A DNA stretch of 64,000 nt from Lingula anatina (GCA_051362555.1 CM120640.1:18228001-18292000), one strand, 5' to 3'. Shown: positions 25,621 through 40,900, counted from the first letter of the stretch. Program-made: numbers and translations. Notes: generated by a model not told the origin, from the sequence alone.

Positions 25621-28600
25621 AAACTTATTTGCAATATTAAACAAAATTTACCTGCATAATTATCACTGCTTCCTTATTATTAATCTAGCAGAGGGCTTTA
25701 CCTTTGGGAGTTTACAGGGAAATATCAATAAGTGTGCTTTACGTAATCTCATTTAATGGCCTATTAAAGCAAATGACTTTATAACTCTGAAATTGATCTA
25801 CTGATACCCAAGGGTAATTTACAGACTGACCCACTCAAAGGTCTTCAGGCCCATAAGTCACACCTTAAGAAAAGCACAAAACCATAATGCCCAAAATAGG
25901 AGACCAATCCTGATGCAATAATACATTATGGTTAACTGCACAGTCAACATCAACTTATGCACAACAGGTAACACAGACGAAAGTAAAAGCATAAGGCTCC
26001 AGGCCCATCAGAGTTCAAGTTTATACTTAGAAAGTGCCAGAATGAGAAAAATGAAAATTTCACAAAAAATGCATAAATACAATAAACATGATAATCCAAT
26101 AGATCTGGTTTTCTCATGAGCTGAAGGCCAATCCTAAAAATCGTACTTGTAAGTTTAAAATCATAATAAGTAGCACAGTTTTCTTTTCATAATGTTTGCA
26201 GTAGCAGTGCAAAAAATTGTTGTCAATTTTGACGTAACATTACATAATAAATTAGAGAATAATTATCACCATTTTTTGTTTATTGACTATAAATAGGATG
26301 GACATGTAGAAAATAGGATTATCATTTGGCTTCATGTCCATGGGAGCTCCGAGTCCCACAATGAATATGCCAAAAAGATAATGAATATTACACTAAAATG
26401 TATAATTTCCAGAAAAAGAAGCCAATTAGACTGCTTTTCTAACTCAGGCTGCATTTTAGTCCTGTGTTTCTTTTTTGAAAGTTTGACAGTCATAAGTAAC
26501 ACGGTTTTCCCATAATGGTCATCAAGGCAGCAGCACCAAAAATTGTGTTTTCTTCTATTTTGATGCAACATTACATAATGCTTAACAGCATAATGATCAT
26601 CGATTTTTAATAATAAAATATAAGTGTCATGGATTTTCACAAAATGTGACTAGCATGGGTCTTCAAGCCCGTGGAGGTTCGAAGTCACACCTTGGAAATG
26701 CCAATATGTGAAAAATTAAATTTTCACAAAAAACTGTTTAATTGCCAGAAAAATTTACCAAACAGACTGCATTGCCTACTGAAGCTGTATTTCAGTCCCA
26801 TGTTTCTTTCCTGTAAGTTTGAGAACAGTAAGTGACATGATTTTCCTTAAATGGTCATCATGGGAGCAGTGCCCAAAATAGGGGTTTCTTCAAATTTTGA
26901 TGCAATATTACATAATGTTTTACAGCATAATGACCATCAATTTTTAATTATAAAATATTAGTATCATGGTTATTCAGAAAATGTAACTAGCAAAAGTCTT
27001 CAGGCCCATGGAACTTCAAAGTCACATATTGAAAATGCCAAAATGTAAACAAGACAGCACTGTTCTGAAATGGGTTTATTTCCATTTTTAACACTTTTTT
27101 AACATAAAACAAAATAAACAGTTTACTGCCATTTTTATATGACCAATGAAGAAAATTGATGAGATGGGAAAAGTATCAATAGAACAGTGTTAAATGTCCA
27201 ACTTCCTCCATTCTGAGATTCTGAACATAGTGGATGAATGCATCTGACAAACTGTAATGATATGAGTTTATTTCCATTTTTGACACTTTATTACACAATA
27301 CATGATAACAAGTTTACCATCATTTTTACAAAATCAACTAACAATGTTGTAAAGATGTAGGAAATGTCAAACAAACACTTTTACGTATCTTATTAGTTCA
27401 ATAATGAGACTGTTAACATGCCTAAGAATTGAATGTGAGGAAATGTGAAAAAACAGCATAACTTCTAAAATAATGGACTGATTATGCTGATTTTCAAACT
27501 CAACCTGTGTTTTAGTAAGATTGGCCCCTCCTGTGAGTATAATGACAATTGGCCAATCTGTTTTTCTTATATTGTGTTATCAGTGTTGCATATATACTGA
27601 AAAAAGTGAAAAAACAGCATAAATTCCCTATAAGTGACCCGATCGTGCTGATTTTCGAACTTGACCTGCGTATTATGAATATTCATCAGTTCTGTAAGTT
27701 TCAAGCCAAAAGGTAAAATGGTTTTCCACTTATCGTGTTATCGGTGCTGCATATATGCTGAAAAAAGAGAAAAAATAGCCTAAATTCACTAAAAATGACC
27801 CAATCATGCTGATTTTAGAACTTGACCTGCGTATTATGTATATTCATCAGTTCTGTAAGTTTCAAGCCAAAACGTAAAATGGTTTTCCACTTATCGTGTT
27901 ATCGGTGCTGCATATATGCTGAAAAAAGTGAAAAAACAGCATAAATTCCCTATAAGTGACCCGATCATGCTGATTTTCGAACTCGACCTGCGTATTATGA
28001 ATATTCATCAGTTCTGTCTTTCAAACAAAAAGGAAAAACAGTTTTCCACTTATCGTGTTATCAGTAAAAGTGCACGGCGACGGCGACGACAGACGCAGAT
28101 GACGGCTATATGTACAGACACATCTGTGTCTGTACATAAAAATTAAACACATTGTAGCAAGTCTTAATAATCAGAAATTGGCAATTTTCTATGCCCTATC
28201 AAATCCCCCCCTCCCAATGTTTTCTGCACCAACCATTTGGAGAGGGGGAAGCTTTCTTTAACTCCAAGTAACATCTTTGCTTACGAATTGCTTTGTAAAG
28301 ATACTACTGCTAACAGCTTTGCTTTCAACCCTACTTAAAACTCAGAGAACTGACAACCTAAAGATAAGTGAATGGTTTATGACCTGCAGAACTGTTACAG
28401 GAATGCTAGCACGACAGTGCTTAAATCTCCACAACTAAATGACAGCCAATAATATAAAATGGCATTTTAACAAATTTTACATATACCACAGAATCTGCTA
28501 AAACAATGCCATTAAAAATCTATAAATAAATCCAAATAAATTCATTGTATCAGTTTTAGTCCAACCAGTTTCATGATCAGACATAATAAATAAACAAACG

Positions 28601-31600
28601 TGTCTGCCTTTCATATAGGTGCTATACTGATTGTCTCAATTCCCAAGACACAAATGACATATTAAATAGGTTTGCATTACAGGGTCAATGACAGTTGCTC
28701 ATTTCTTGACTAGATCCTCAATTGTTAGTATAGATAACTGACAACCACTCACTTTACAACTAGTTCCACATTCCCAGGCATCATTTTCAGGAAATGCCGA
28801 AATGCTGGCCCTATTTGATCCTTTGTGAGGGACTGAAGGTAAAGGTCCACCACCTGAAACAAACAAGAACAAAAACATTACAAAACAGCTCAAAATATCA
28901 CACTGCAATCATCAAACAGGTCAGGAAATTGCAACCATTTTCCAATTCTCTTCAATCCATCAAACTCACTTCTTGATTAAATTGTTATGAAGTGCTGGCT
29001 TAATGGGATAACATCACCTTACAATGAGATTCAAACTGTAGTGTCAGAGAGTTCTAATACCTGGTTGTGGAATGTGTAGTTATTCCAGTGTTTGGAAGGA
29101 CAGAATGGCAAAGGGAAAGATACTGGTGTAGTCTGAAGGCACCGACGGTTTAAATCACGCAACACGGACACCTCAGAACTCTTTCCTTTGGTGAGAGCAA
29201 CCTGGAACTTGTGTCTAAGATAGCTGCAAACAGAACAAAAATTTTTATGAACAAAATGGCATTCACATTTTCCACAAAATCTCAATTCAGCATGTGTATT
29301 CCATTGGTATATAGGTTAAGAGGATAAGGGCCATTCCACTCAATAACTCTTAAACTCCACACGTCTTGCAGGCTAACATGCAGTCCTACCTGACCCAAAC
29401 TGCCCTAACATCCTCCACAGACTTCACACTATACAGAGCTGTCTCGTACACTTCCACAGCCTGGGCATCATCCCCTTGGAGATGGAGCAATGTGCTGGAA
29501 AAATATCAATCTGTTTATTTAACAAAATTGGAAATGTCTCATGAAATCAATACTTCTACAAAATGTGTAATTAATAAGTTGGGCTCTCTTCAGTATGGTG
29601 TATTTTATCCAACCACAAATTTTAGTCTAATTTTGTTCAAGAAGATATGAAATGATAGTAAAAAAAAAAAAAAAATCCTCTTTAATTCAGTTGGAGACCG
29701 ATTCATCTTAAATCATCCAATTTTTTGACAAAAAGAATATTGTAGGGATCCCAAACATTCCCCAAAGGTATATTTTTTAAAGGTAAAACACAACTTTTTT
29801 TTTTACATACCTGTAATTCAGCCACATATACAACATGTGTTTTCTGACATCCTCAGCACTAACACCTTCTTTGTACTGTGGTTCTTTATAGGTGAGAGGC
29901 AGACTTTGGCCCAGGACTTTGCTGAAAATAACCATGAAAGTACTCGTCTGGCAGCAATATGTCTGTTGTCATATATTTTCAATATTGCCATTACATTTTA
30001 TTCCTACAAATACATTGAGTTTAAGTTTTTTACAAGAAACTTTGAGTTCAACGGGAATTTAAGAGGTGCATAATAAAACTAAACACAGCCAAATAATGTC
30101 AGTCCTATCTTCACTTTTTAAAGTTTTGTTGATTGCAACCATTTTGAATTACATCTTGGTGAATATTTTAACATGAACTTCTGTATGTGCAGACCTACCA
30201 GTAGAGCAAGTTGGGATCACATATCTTGGAATTATTGATATCAACATCAAATAGGTCAATAACACATCTCTCTAACTCCTCTAAGGCACTGTCTGCATCA
30301 CCCTGAAGACAAATCCAAAGAAGATGCAATAGAATATGACAAGATACTGAAAAAAACTTAATTAAAAACTTAATTTAAAAAGAGTGCAGGAAGGCAAGGT
30401 CACCAACGTAGAGCAACTTTGAAAACCACCGTAATACATCATAAAAAGATTATATCTTTCATATGCAAATGTTTTTATATGAGAGATTAATTCCACAAGA
30501 AAATACTTAAACAAGAGAATTACCTGTGTGAGTTCAAAGCTGACAGCTGCATGATATAATACCGAGGCCTTGGGCCCTGCAACTTTTGACTTTGCTTCAG
30601 ATAGCACCTAGACAATATAAACAACAGGTAATTAATTTGTGGCTCTTAATTCGTTTTTCATAGTATTCCTAAAAGAAGGAAATGTTGTGCTTTTCTCCAA
30701 TACAAAGATATATCAAAGCTTATCAAAGACAGCATTTCTTTTTAGCATTGAACTGTATTATTGTTAGCAGACGATGCACATTAAAAGATGTAAAATTGTT
30801 TCAATATTGCACCTATCTGTAACTTGTTGTAGCACCTGAATGGAACACAGTACATGTACATAACTGAACCATGTAACTTAGGGTGCACATTTACTTACAT
30901 TGCCATTCTAACAATGATTAACAACTAGGTCAACTTTTGTTGCAATGAGTAAAAGGTAGGATTTGGACAGTATGCCTCATTCTTGAAAGTGTTAGCTGAC
31001 AATGTGCTAGCTGTGACAATGTGTTAACAGTAGAGATGAATCTGGTGCTTTCAACAAACAAAATAATGCAAGCACTGAAGGGTCGGAGTCGGGCATACAG
31101 ACACTCAAGAAGGCTTTAATCTCTGTAACAGTAACATTGTAGAACAATGAGTGCACTAAAGGTGCTTTAACAGAGTCCGTGTGAAAACTTATGACAGCTA
31201 GGTGTGGCCCTACGCTTAACCCTTACCGCTCTGACTTCTTCCACTTTCTTCTGTCTTTTACAGATGTCAGCTAGACACAACCATAAATCTGTATTGCTTG
31301 GGCTGGAAGACAGCAGCTTACGGCACACCCCCTTGGCTGGTTCATATCTGAAATATGTCCACTTAAAATCAATTTCTTTATGTCCACTTTTTAAGGGGTC
31401 TAAAATAGAGGCATTAAAAACCGTAAGATTTAAATAACTTTTCAAATCATATTTAATAAGTGATGTGTTTTTAAGAGGTTAAAAAGATTTTTTAAAAAGT
31501 TTACATTGCTTTGTTAAATTAGGTTTGGTATTGCTGCAGATTTCCTCTAAGGCACGCACACGTGTCTTACCTTCCTTTAGCCACCTCTAAAGCTACAAGG

Positions 31601-34600
31601 TTTCTATACAGTGGCATACAATTGGCAATGTTTATTTCTGTGCCAAGTTTACTCTGTGAACACTGTTTAAAAGCCAGAGAGAAATTCTGGATTGGATTGT
31701 CTTTGCTGCCTTTGGGTCTTTTGCTTTTCCATGGAACAATAAACGGTTCCTAAATGAGCAAAAAAACTTTATCAATAAATAAAGAAAATTTGCCACTACC
31801 AAACAGAGGAAGTTGAAAATGGGAGAAATGTTGAATGCCGGATGTGACGTTCCATATTAAAAATGATTCACTATTATAAAAGGTCCAGGTAAAACATCTG
31901 TATTCATTTTCATAAAAGATGGTACTATATGTAACATTTTTTGTCAACAGAAGCTGCATATTAAGCCTTGCACAAGGTCTTAAAGTGAACATCATTCTGT
32001 TGTTACTGTTGCACCTGAATGGAACACAGAACATGTAGAAAAATGAACCATGTAACTTAGGGTGCAAATTCTACACACTAAATGTTGACCTCAATCTACT
32101 TTCTTACAAACTGTTTTTTCCTCTATTAACAAATAAAATCATAAATGTATATAATATGAATTTTCCATGCTAATCAATATCATTTAAAATGGCAATTTTC
32201 AACAATATTCTCACTTACCTTGTTGACGATTCTCCCGGGGTTATTATTAGCAGGATCAAACATACACTGAGGCAAGCTCTGTGTCTCTAGTAAGTTTAAG
32301 TATGCTAGCCATGTAAGCACGCGGTCCTGGGGTACCATACATCTACACAGGGGACTGATGCCACCTACTTCAGGCTTAAGGACATTCTACAATACACAAT
32401 TTATACATGAGAATACAGTTTTCTCAACATATATAACATAATTTAATCAATGTGATTCTTCTTGTCTTCAATATTTGTGTGTCAACTTCAACCTTAAGGT
32501 TGCAATTTCAGAATAACTTATCAATTAAAAAAAAAAAACTTCCATTCAAAAATCAATACAAAAATATGAGAATCAACACAGGTGTCCACCATGTTACCTG
32601 TATTATTTTCAATCCAGACTTGTATCTCCCACTCTGGATGTTAAGAGAAACTTGGTAGAGCATTATTTCCAGAATCTGGTGTGAGATTTGTGCCTGTGGC
32701 ATATGGTGCACAGCTTGGAGATATGCAAGAATCTGTTGACAAATAGTTTCCTTCTTGCTGAACGGCTTGGTCAGGGTTAAGTACTGGAAATATCCAAAAG
32801 ACTATAAGATTTCTATATAACATGAATTTTACATATATCCAAACAGTGTTATGGTTTTTATAGTCCAGTAAATTACAACAGATTATAATACAATAACAAG
32901 CACGTAATTTTGCTTGAATTAATGACAGTGACATAGATTTACTGTTATATGAAGCAAAATGTTACAGCTGTATGCTGTTATTGCCTTCAAGGTATTCCAG
33001 GGTGTAAAAACAAAATAACAAAGGAAAAGATATGGGTGTAATCTGCAGGCAAAGATGGCTTAAACGATGAAATTCAGACACCTCAGTACCTCTCACAGGG
33101 TCTAACACAATACTGAGAGGAACACATCTGATATTACGGTACCAATACTTACCATCCACCATAATTCATAAGATGGAGCCAGTTTCACTGCCTGCTCACA
33201 CATGTCTAATGTCTCCTGGAACTGACCCAGCTTTTTGTGCAGGTTTAAGTAATGTTGCCACAGGTCAGTGCTGTGTTTGTTAGCCTCCAGGCCACGAGCT
33301 AGGACATTTAGTGCATGTTCTAGTGCTTTGTCAGTTGGACTGTCACTGGAGAGGGAGAGAAAGACAGAATTTAAAAGAGAAAATTATCAAAAGGTTTTGT
33401 CAGTATACCGTGAATCAACAATCTCTCCAAAAGTATAAAAAGCATGAATGACAAAGTACAATGCTCAGTAAGTTTCAAACTGTTGATCTCAGTACAAAAA
33501 GAGATCTTTTTAAAAAAAATTCAACATAAAAATATAATGAAACATTAAGCATCTTCCTCTTTTTTACTTTTTTTTTTTTTCAAAACTCGATTTCCACAAC
33601 TTCAAATCATCTTATTTATCATTTGTCTACAAACGGTGCTATGAAACTTTATCACAGGTACTAGAAAGTTATAAAACAACAACAACAAAAAAAAAGTATT
33701 CATCTGACCAACCTTTTGTGGTCCCTCATCTTCTTATATGCTAGCTTAATCCACAGCTGAGTATCATGAGGGGTCTCCAACACAGCTGACTCCATGTCCT
33801 GGATGTCATGACTGCTCAGCATGAAATAGCGTATGTCCTGCTCACTTATTATGTCATCTGTGTCCACTGGCGACACTGAACTGTGAAGATCTGGAACAAA
33901 TACAGATATAGTTCACAAGAAATGCAATCTTTATTTTTCTTTGTGCTTTTTTAAAAATATGTAATTCTGTCTCAAGTATTCTTTAACCTGCAAAAGAAAA
34001 AAAAATCATTAACATTTACATAACACATGTTTATCAGAACAATACTTTAAAAATACATAAGTAGTGCATACTTACCCATTAATACTTTAGTTTCCTTTGG
34101 TTTTAATTCTTGGGACGGTGGAGTTCTGCAAATTGCAGTGGGCTTCCACTTCCTAGGCTCAGTGAATACAGTACAAGGGGGAGCTGTGAAATAGGAATAA
34201 TGTATTTGTTTTGATGCTAAAATGCCTCTCTGAGAACCAAAAGAAGTAAATACACAGTTGTTAATGAAATACATAAAATTATTCAGCTATTAGCACTTAC
34301 AATGCCCTGTCTTTTCATTGACTTTGTCAACCAATAAAAGGCACATTTCTTCTTGATTCATCTTGCTTTCATGTTGCTTCTTGAAGTTATCAACCCAAGA
34401 ACCTGGAACATATATACAGTATTTAAATATGTAACATATACAGGCATTTCCTCATAACAGAGAAACAACATACATATGAACAAAATATTTTCATCCAAAT
34501 GTTTTTCACAGTCATAACTGCTAGATAATCCAAAGAAGGACAAAGAATTATTAAATTAATTTTGTCTTGTGAACAACAGGGTGCTAATTGCTAATGGTGG

Positions 34601-34858
34601 TCAACTTACTGATAATTCTCTCACACTCCTCTGCTGATGCATTATCAGCTACCCCAGCTACAGATGGGCAATAGGATATAATGTCTATCAGCTGTTCACT
34701 TGCTGTCATAACATGGTCACTTTCATGCTGCCTGGAAAATAAACAAGGAAAAAGGTGGAGAATCTCCATTTTTACAAGCTGGTTCCTTGAACAAAAGGTA
34801 GTGGCTTTTAAAACCAGGAATATCTATTTCTGTAAAAGAGAGACTTTTAAAACCAGGG

Positions 34859-34928
<70 letters not shown>

Positions 34929-37900
34929 CTTACCACGGCATATTTCTGATAAATGAATATACTATGCTTATAGGTAATCATACTATAATCAATTAATAGT
35001 TCTCTTACCATGGACACTCCTCATTGCACGTTCCCTTTAGATCAAACCTACACAGTGCCTTCTTTGGCTCTAGCTTGTGGGCAAATGTGGCAGTTGTCAA
35101 GCAGTGACCACTCTTTTGACGAAAATATGGACTGAACCTTGGGAAAATAAAAACAAGGATAAAAATTTCTAGCCTCAGACAAAAATCCTTGGCGGGTGAG
35201 AGAAAGGAACTGAAATGGAATCATAAGATCATAATTTATAACAAGATGATAAATGTGGGTAAACTGAACTCACCTGTAAGATCTAAAGTTCAGCAGTGGA
35301 CTGCAGTATTGATTACATTGACTAGAGAAAATATCGCAGACAGAATCAGTGCTTTTCTCCATTTCAAATGACAATCCCGGAATCTGAATCAGAAAACAGA
35401 TACTAAGAATAACTACCAGGTAAACTGTATGCAATTTTAAATCAAATTGTAGATACACATGTTAAACAGAATGTTAAATAAAGCTTTACTTAGTAACTTT
35501 GAATATGCAAAAAACAAAGAGAACACTTCATGTCCCTTTTGACTTCCTAGTTATATTTGCTGAACAAGTTTTAACATTTTTTTCAAACATACAAATCCAT
35601 TATAACTTGAAATACCATATCCATGATAAGAAAATTTACAGAGAAATTCTCTCTCAATGCTATTGTCACAGACCTCTTGCAACCTTGACCAAAAACCTTC
35701 TGTAAGATCATAGTGTATGTTCTTGGTGGAAAATTCATCAACAGCGAACTTATCTACTTTCTCCTTCTGTAAGCAAAGAAAACATTAAATTTAGAAATTC
35801 AGAAAATCAACTACTCATTTAAAAAAAACTTACAAAGGCAATAGTTGTTCATACTGATCGAGTAATTAGTTTGGTAATCTCTCACAGAAGAGGCATTATC
35901 CCCGATTTCAAATCAAATGTGCATGCTCACAAATGAAAGCCCTGTTTTCACATAATATATTCTTTACATATTCAACTTTTGATAATATAAGAATATACTA
36001 CTTTTGGCAATTTTCCCCCCCAACTTGTCTCACCTGTAATCTACACAAATTCTCCAGCTGGCTGCCAGTTGGCATTGTGAACTGTGATTGTCCCTCTGTT
36101 CTATCTGCCACCTGCTGCTGCACACTGGTATTAGTTGAGACTTTAGCTGCAGATCCAGAACTAATGTCATTATCATTGTCATTACCAACTGGTTTTGATG
36201 CAGCAACAGAACCCACACCTTGTTCTAAATTTGTTAATTCAAGATTTGGCTTCATACTGATATTCAAATCCAAGAAAGATTTCCTCCTGATTTTTGGTTG
36301 TAAATCATTTGCAGGCTTTTCTTTTTCCTGGCCGACAGTCAACTTTTCAATATTTTCTAAATTTGGCTGAGCAATGGGTTTAGTTCTTGCTCTTCTTGTG
36401 TTGAACTTGATCCTGTGTTCTTTAGTCCTTTTGTCTTGCTCTTTTGATTTTACAGAGTTCTCTAAATGAGTCCTCTTAAGCATTTCAATTTTTATTCTGT
36501 ATTCTTGCTCTAATCGCTGAAGTTGCTCTTTGGTCAATTTTTGTTTCCCTCTGTTGTCCATTTTCCTTTCTGAATGTTCTGTTGTTATCACAGTTTCCTT
36601 TGCAATTGCTTGCTCTGTTGCCACTGTCTTTGGTTTCTTAAATGTTTGCACGTCTATTGAATTGGCCTTCCTTTTTACAGAATTTACAGCAACATTGTCT
36701 GTAATTGTGTTTTTCTTTAAAATTGCCTCTAAATCCGCTGCTTCTTTTTCTGTTTCGTTTAAGATAGCACTTCTTCTCTTTATTCTGGTCTGTATTAAAT
36801 TGGACTGAAAATAACAGATGATAGTGTTTTACTAACATAAATACAAATAAGCACTAGGTTTGCCCTCCCTACATTTTCTTTCCATTTTCCTGAATATAAA
36901 TCAAATTTAAGTGGATTTAAAATTCTTTGGCTTAGAAGAATGGCTATTTTAAGTTTTAATATAAACAGACACCAACCTGCTTGTTAAGTTTTTCGATGTT
37001 GTTACGATGAGTTATTGCAATCTTCTCAGCAGCTGCCAGCTGCTCTTGAAGTTTCTGAATCTTTTCCTCTGCAGTTTGTAGGGCAACTGTACGTTTATCC
37101 AGATGCACTTGGATTGTCTTCAGTGTTTGTTCATCTTTAGTTATACCTTGCCTATAAAATAATGTTATAATACATGAAGGACAATCAAAAAAGAATTTTT
37201 TGTCATATTCCTAAAGCATACAATGTTTGTCGTCTTCAAATAACAACTAAATGATAACATAACAGTGCATGGGCTTGAAGAACAACATTTTGATGTAGCA
37301 CTAAAATGAAACATTGTACCTACTGCAAGGATACAATGCCACTTTATAGTGCCATGTTAACTTTTAGTACCACCGTGCTTTTAAATCAATCTCAATTTTA
37401 TGATACACAGGGTTTTGGAAAACACAGCCACTTTTAAATCTGCAAATTGGTTTATTATTTTTGTTTATAAATACAGGTCTAATAATTGCATTCAGGCTCA
37501 CCTCTGTATTACTATCTTCTCAGAGCATTTTTGGTATTTCACTTCCAGTCCTTCTAATTCATCAGATCTAACACTGGCTTCTCTTGCCTCGGGATTAGCA
37601 ACACCATCTAGTGTTGGAACAGCTTTCATAGAAACTGCATCAGTTTGTGACACCTCTAATTTTTTGACATTTTGTTTTGCAGCACCATCATTAGAAGCTT
37701 TGGAAATTCCTGATTCTTGGTTTAACTTGGAGGTTTGTGAAAGTTTCTCTTTTTCTTTTTTAATCAGCTTTTCCTTTAGTTCCTTATATTCCCTCTTCTT
37801 GTCCTCTGGCATCCCAACCATAGCTTCGGGAGTAGTGGGGCTATGCTTTTGTCGTGCTGCTGGTTTTGGAGTCTGCAATAAACGAATAATGAGAAATATC

Positions 37901-40900
37901 ATTTATTTGATTTTCTGCTAACCTGTTGGCATGGCAAGCATCAGTTGTCCACTGCCAAAGAAAAATTGAAGCATTGTACAAAAAGAACAATATATAACAA
38001 AGGACATCTGTTTATAAAATGTCTCAAATGTTTTTCATTTAGTTCATTTTTTTCAAAGTGCTTGCCTCTACAGATTGTCTTGCTTGTTTGAGGAAGAAAT
38101 CCAGGCCTCCCAGCAGGTTTGTAGCTCCCTTGTCTTCATGCTCACTATCACTGGAGTCTCCGCCCAAGTTGATCACTAAAGGCTAAAATAAAAGTAAACC
38201 ACAGTAGAATATGTATCTGACATCTGTTTCAACTGTTGATGTATTGTAACCAATCTCTGTATCAACATTTACATCATTTCAGAAGTTTCTGTACGTGCTG
38301 GTCATGCATGACAAGCTCTGGTAGTTCACCACAGCTTTTTTTTCTACGCATATTCAACTCAAAACAATCAAATGTTAACAGCTGAACATTTTGATGTTAA
38401 AAGTAACACAAGCAACATTTCATACTTTCACTTTAGCTCATGCTTTCTAACTCCACCTTGATCAAGAGTTTCATTTTCATCTTGCTCCAGTTTGACATAC
38501 TTAATTACATTTGCTTAACATACAAAACTGTATTGTTACCTTATGCATGACGCGCTTTGGCCTGGGTGGGTACTTAGGTTTGTGGAGAACTGGTACAGGG
38601 GACTCATTTCTGCTGCTGGGTTCTGACATTTGCTACAACAGAAATATATTTGCAATATCAATAATACTTATGTTTATCACAGGCGAATATCAAAAAATAC
38701 AAATCACAGATTAGCGAATACAAAACTGATACAAAGTGTTTATAGTAAAGAGTTGACTTCATTTTTACAAACATGTCTACCAGCATCCACACACCTCTGG
38801 CTCTGGCCTGTCCACTTGTTTCCTCTTATTTATAATACCCTGTAACAACATTGCTCTGAGTTCTGCCTCCTCTTCATCTTCTTCTGGGTCCTCCTCAGGC
38901 AGAGGGGGTGGTTCCTCGGGTGGTGGGGGCGGTGGAGGGGGATAAACTGTACCAGCACCTCCTGATGGTAGCGGAGCTTCCATCTGAATCAAATCAAGTT
39001 AATATAGTTGTTTCCAGTATTCTATGAGGGTGCTGGTAACTGTGTGCTACATATTCAGAGTTTGCTGAGTAGATATGATATATTTTGCGAGAACACAAAA
39101 ATTTAATTTAAACAAGGCAGCAAAGCTGTCAAATGTACAGACAAAAAACAGAAAATAAAGATGCAAAAAAGGTCATTTTGTCAATTTTGATGCAATAATA
39201 AATAATGCTTATAATAGCACTGTCAGTCAACACTGAATTTTAATCTTGCACAACAGGTAACATGGTCAATAACAGGAGCGGACCCAGAGATATTTTCTGA
39301 CAGTATTACAAAGTATCTATGTTGATCCATCCTCCATTTTGATGGTGTTCCAACAGAAAAAAATAGATACCAGTCAATATAAACTTAATAACCTGACTGT
39401 CTTCCGGAAGACCCAGAAGATGGTCTCAATCCACCCCTTCAATAAGATTACAGTTTCAGGACCATGAGAGTTCAAATTCGCATTATGAAAGTCTCAATAT
39501 TTGAAAAATGATGACAGTGCATAAAATAATATTACATAATGTTTAAAGACATAAAAAACAATACAAATGCTTATGTAGAAATACAGAAAATGTGCAGAGC
39601 CCCAGGCAGATGACAGCCTGCCTGGGGCTAAAAGTCACAAATGCAAGTGTTTGAGAAAAAATTATAAAGGAAAACAACAAAACTAGAAAAGCACTTTGAG
39701 AGTGCAGACCTCTGCCAAGGCAGCAATTGTTGATTATTATTGATAATTGATTGATTATTGATCCGGACCACCACCAAAAATTAATCATTGTCCTCTTTGG
39801 CCCACTTCCGACAGTTCCTGAAAATTTCTGCAAAATCAGTCCATAACCTTTTGTGTTATGTGGATGACAGACAAACAGGGGTGAAAATATAACCTCCTTG
39901 GCAGAGCTTGAGGTAAATATAATTCCAATGAAGCTGCTATTCAAACTTTTAATCTTCCAGTTTGATATATATATATATATTTAAAACTTATTTGCAATAT
40001 TAAACAAAATTTACCTGCATAATTATCACTGCTTCCTTATTATTAATCTAGCAGAGAGCTTTACCTTTGGGAGTTTACAGGGAAATATCAACAAGTGTGC
40101 TTTACGTAATCTCATTTAATGGCCTATTAAAGCAAATGACTTTATAACTCTGAAATTAATCTAGTGATACCCAAGGGTAATTTAAAGACTGACCCACTCA
40201 AAGGTCTTCAGGCCCATAAGTCACACCTTAAGAAAAGCACAAAACCATAATGCCCAAAATAGGAGACTACCAATCCTGATGCAATAATACATTATGTTTA
40301 ACTGCACAGTCAACATCAACCCACAATGAATATGCCAAAAAAGATAATGAATATAACACTAAAATGTATAACTTCCAGAAAAAGAAGCCAATTAGACTGC
40401 TTTTCTAACTCAGGCTGCATTTTAGTCCTGTGTTTCTTTTTTGAAAGTTTGACAGTCATAAGTAACACGGTTTTTCCATAATGGTCATCAAGGCAGCAGC
40501 ACCAAAAATTGTGTTTTCTTCTATTTTGATGCAACATTACATAATGCTTAACAGCATAATGACCACCGATTTTTAATAATAAAATATAAGTGTCATGGAT
40601 TTTCACAAAATGTGACTAGCACGGGTCTTCAAGCCCGTGGAGGTTCTAAGTCGCACCTTGGAAATGCCAATATGTGAAAAATTAAATTTTCACAAAAAAC
40701 TGTTTAATTGCCAGAAAAATTTACCAAACAGACTGCATTGCCTACTGAAGCTGTATTTTAGACCCATGTTTCTTTCCTGTAAGTTTGAGAACAGTAATTG
40801 ACATGATTTTCCTTAAATGGTCATCATGGGAGCAGTGCCCAAAATAGGGGTTTCTTCAAATTTTGATGCAACATTACATAATGTTTAACAGCATAATGAC

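Larger units (their letters stand above)
24710..28143. mobile_element. Composite non-autonomous Helentron/HINE-like element, copy A
   Basis: Starts AACAAGGCAGCAAAGCTGTCAAATGTACAGACA and ends with (CGGCGA)n, GACGGCT and the hairpin ATGTACAGACAC-ATCT-GTGTCTGTACAT followed by an A tract. Internal ~350-bp and ~161-bp tandem repeats. Nearly identical to 39111-42803. Confidence 0.8.

Noticed and set aside
25130-26640. ORFs 25130-25531 and 26332-26640 'conserved' with 39543-39944 and 40316-40606
   Set aside because: The similarity reflects the duplicated element. The translations have no recognisable domains, and the first pair diverges in frame after an indel.
30990-31200. Slightly GC-richer intronic stretch with a VTVTEIKAFL peptide reminiscent of piggyBac
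   Set aside because: The match is too short, with no catalytic motifs or TTAA/TIR structure.
32993-33102. Paired intronic snoRNAs (with 29081-29192)
   Set aside because: The 29061-29223 copy is a required, phase-compatible ZFC3H1 coding exon, so the pair is an exon and a pseudo-exon.
35933-37921. Long + strand ORFs (35933-36370, 36530-36808, 37400-37921)
   Set aside because: Antisense shadows of Lys/Glu-rich ZFC3H1 exons.
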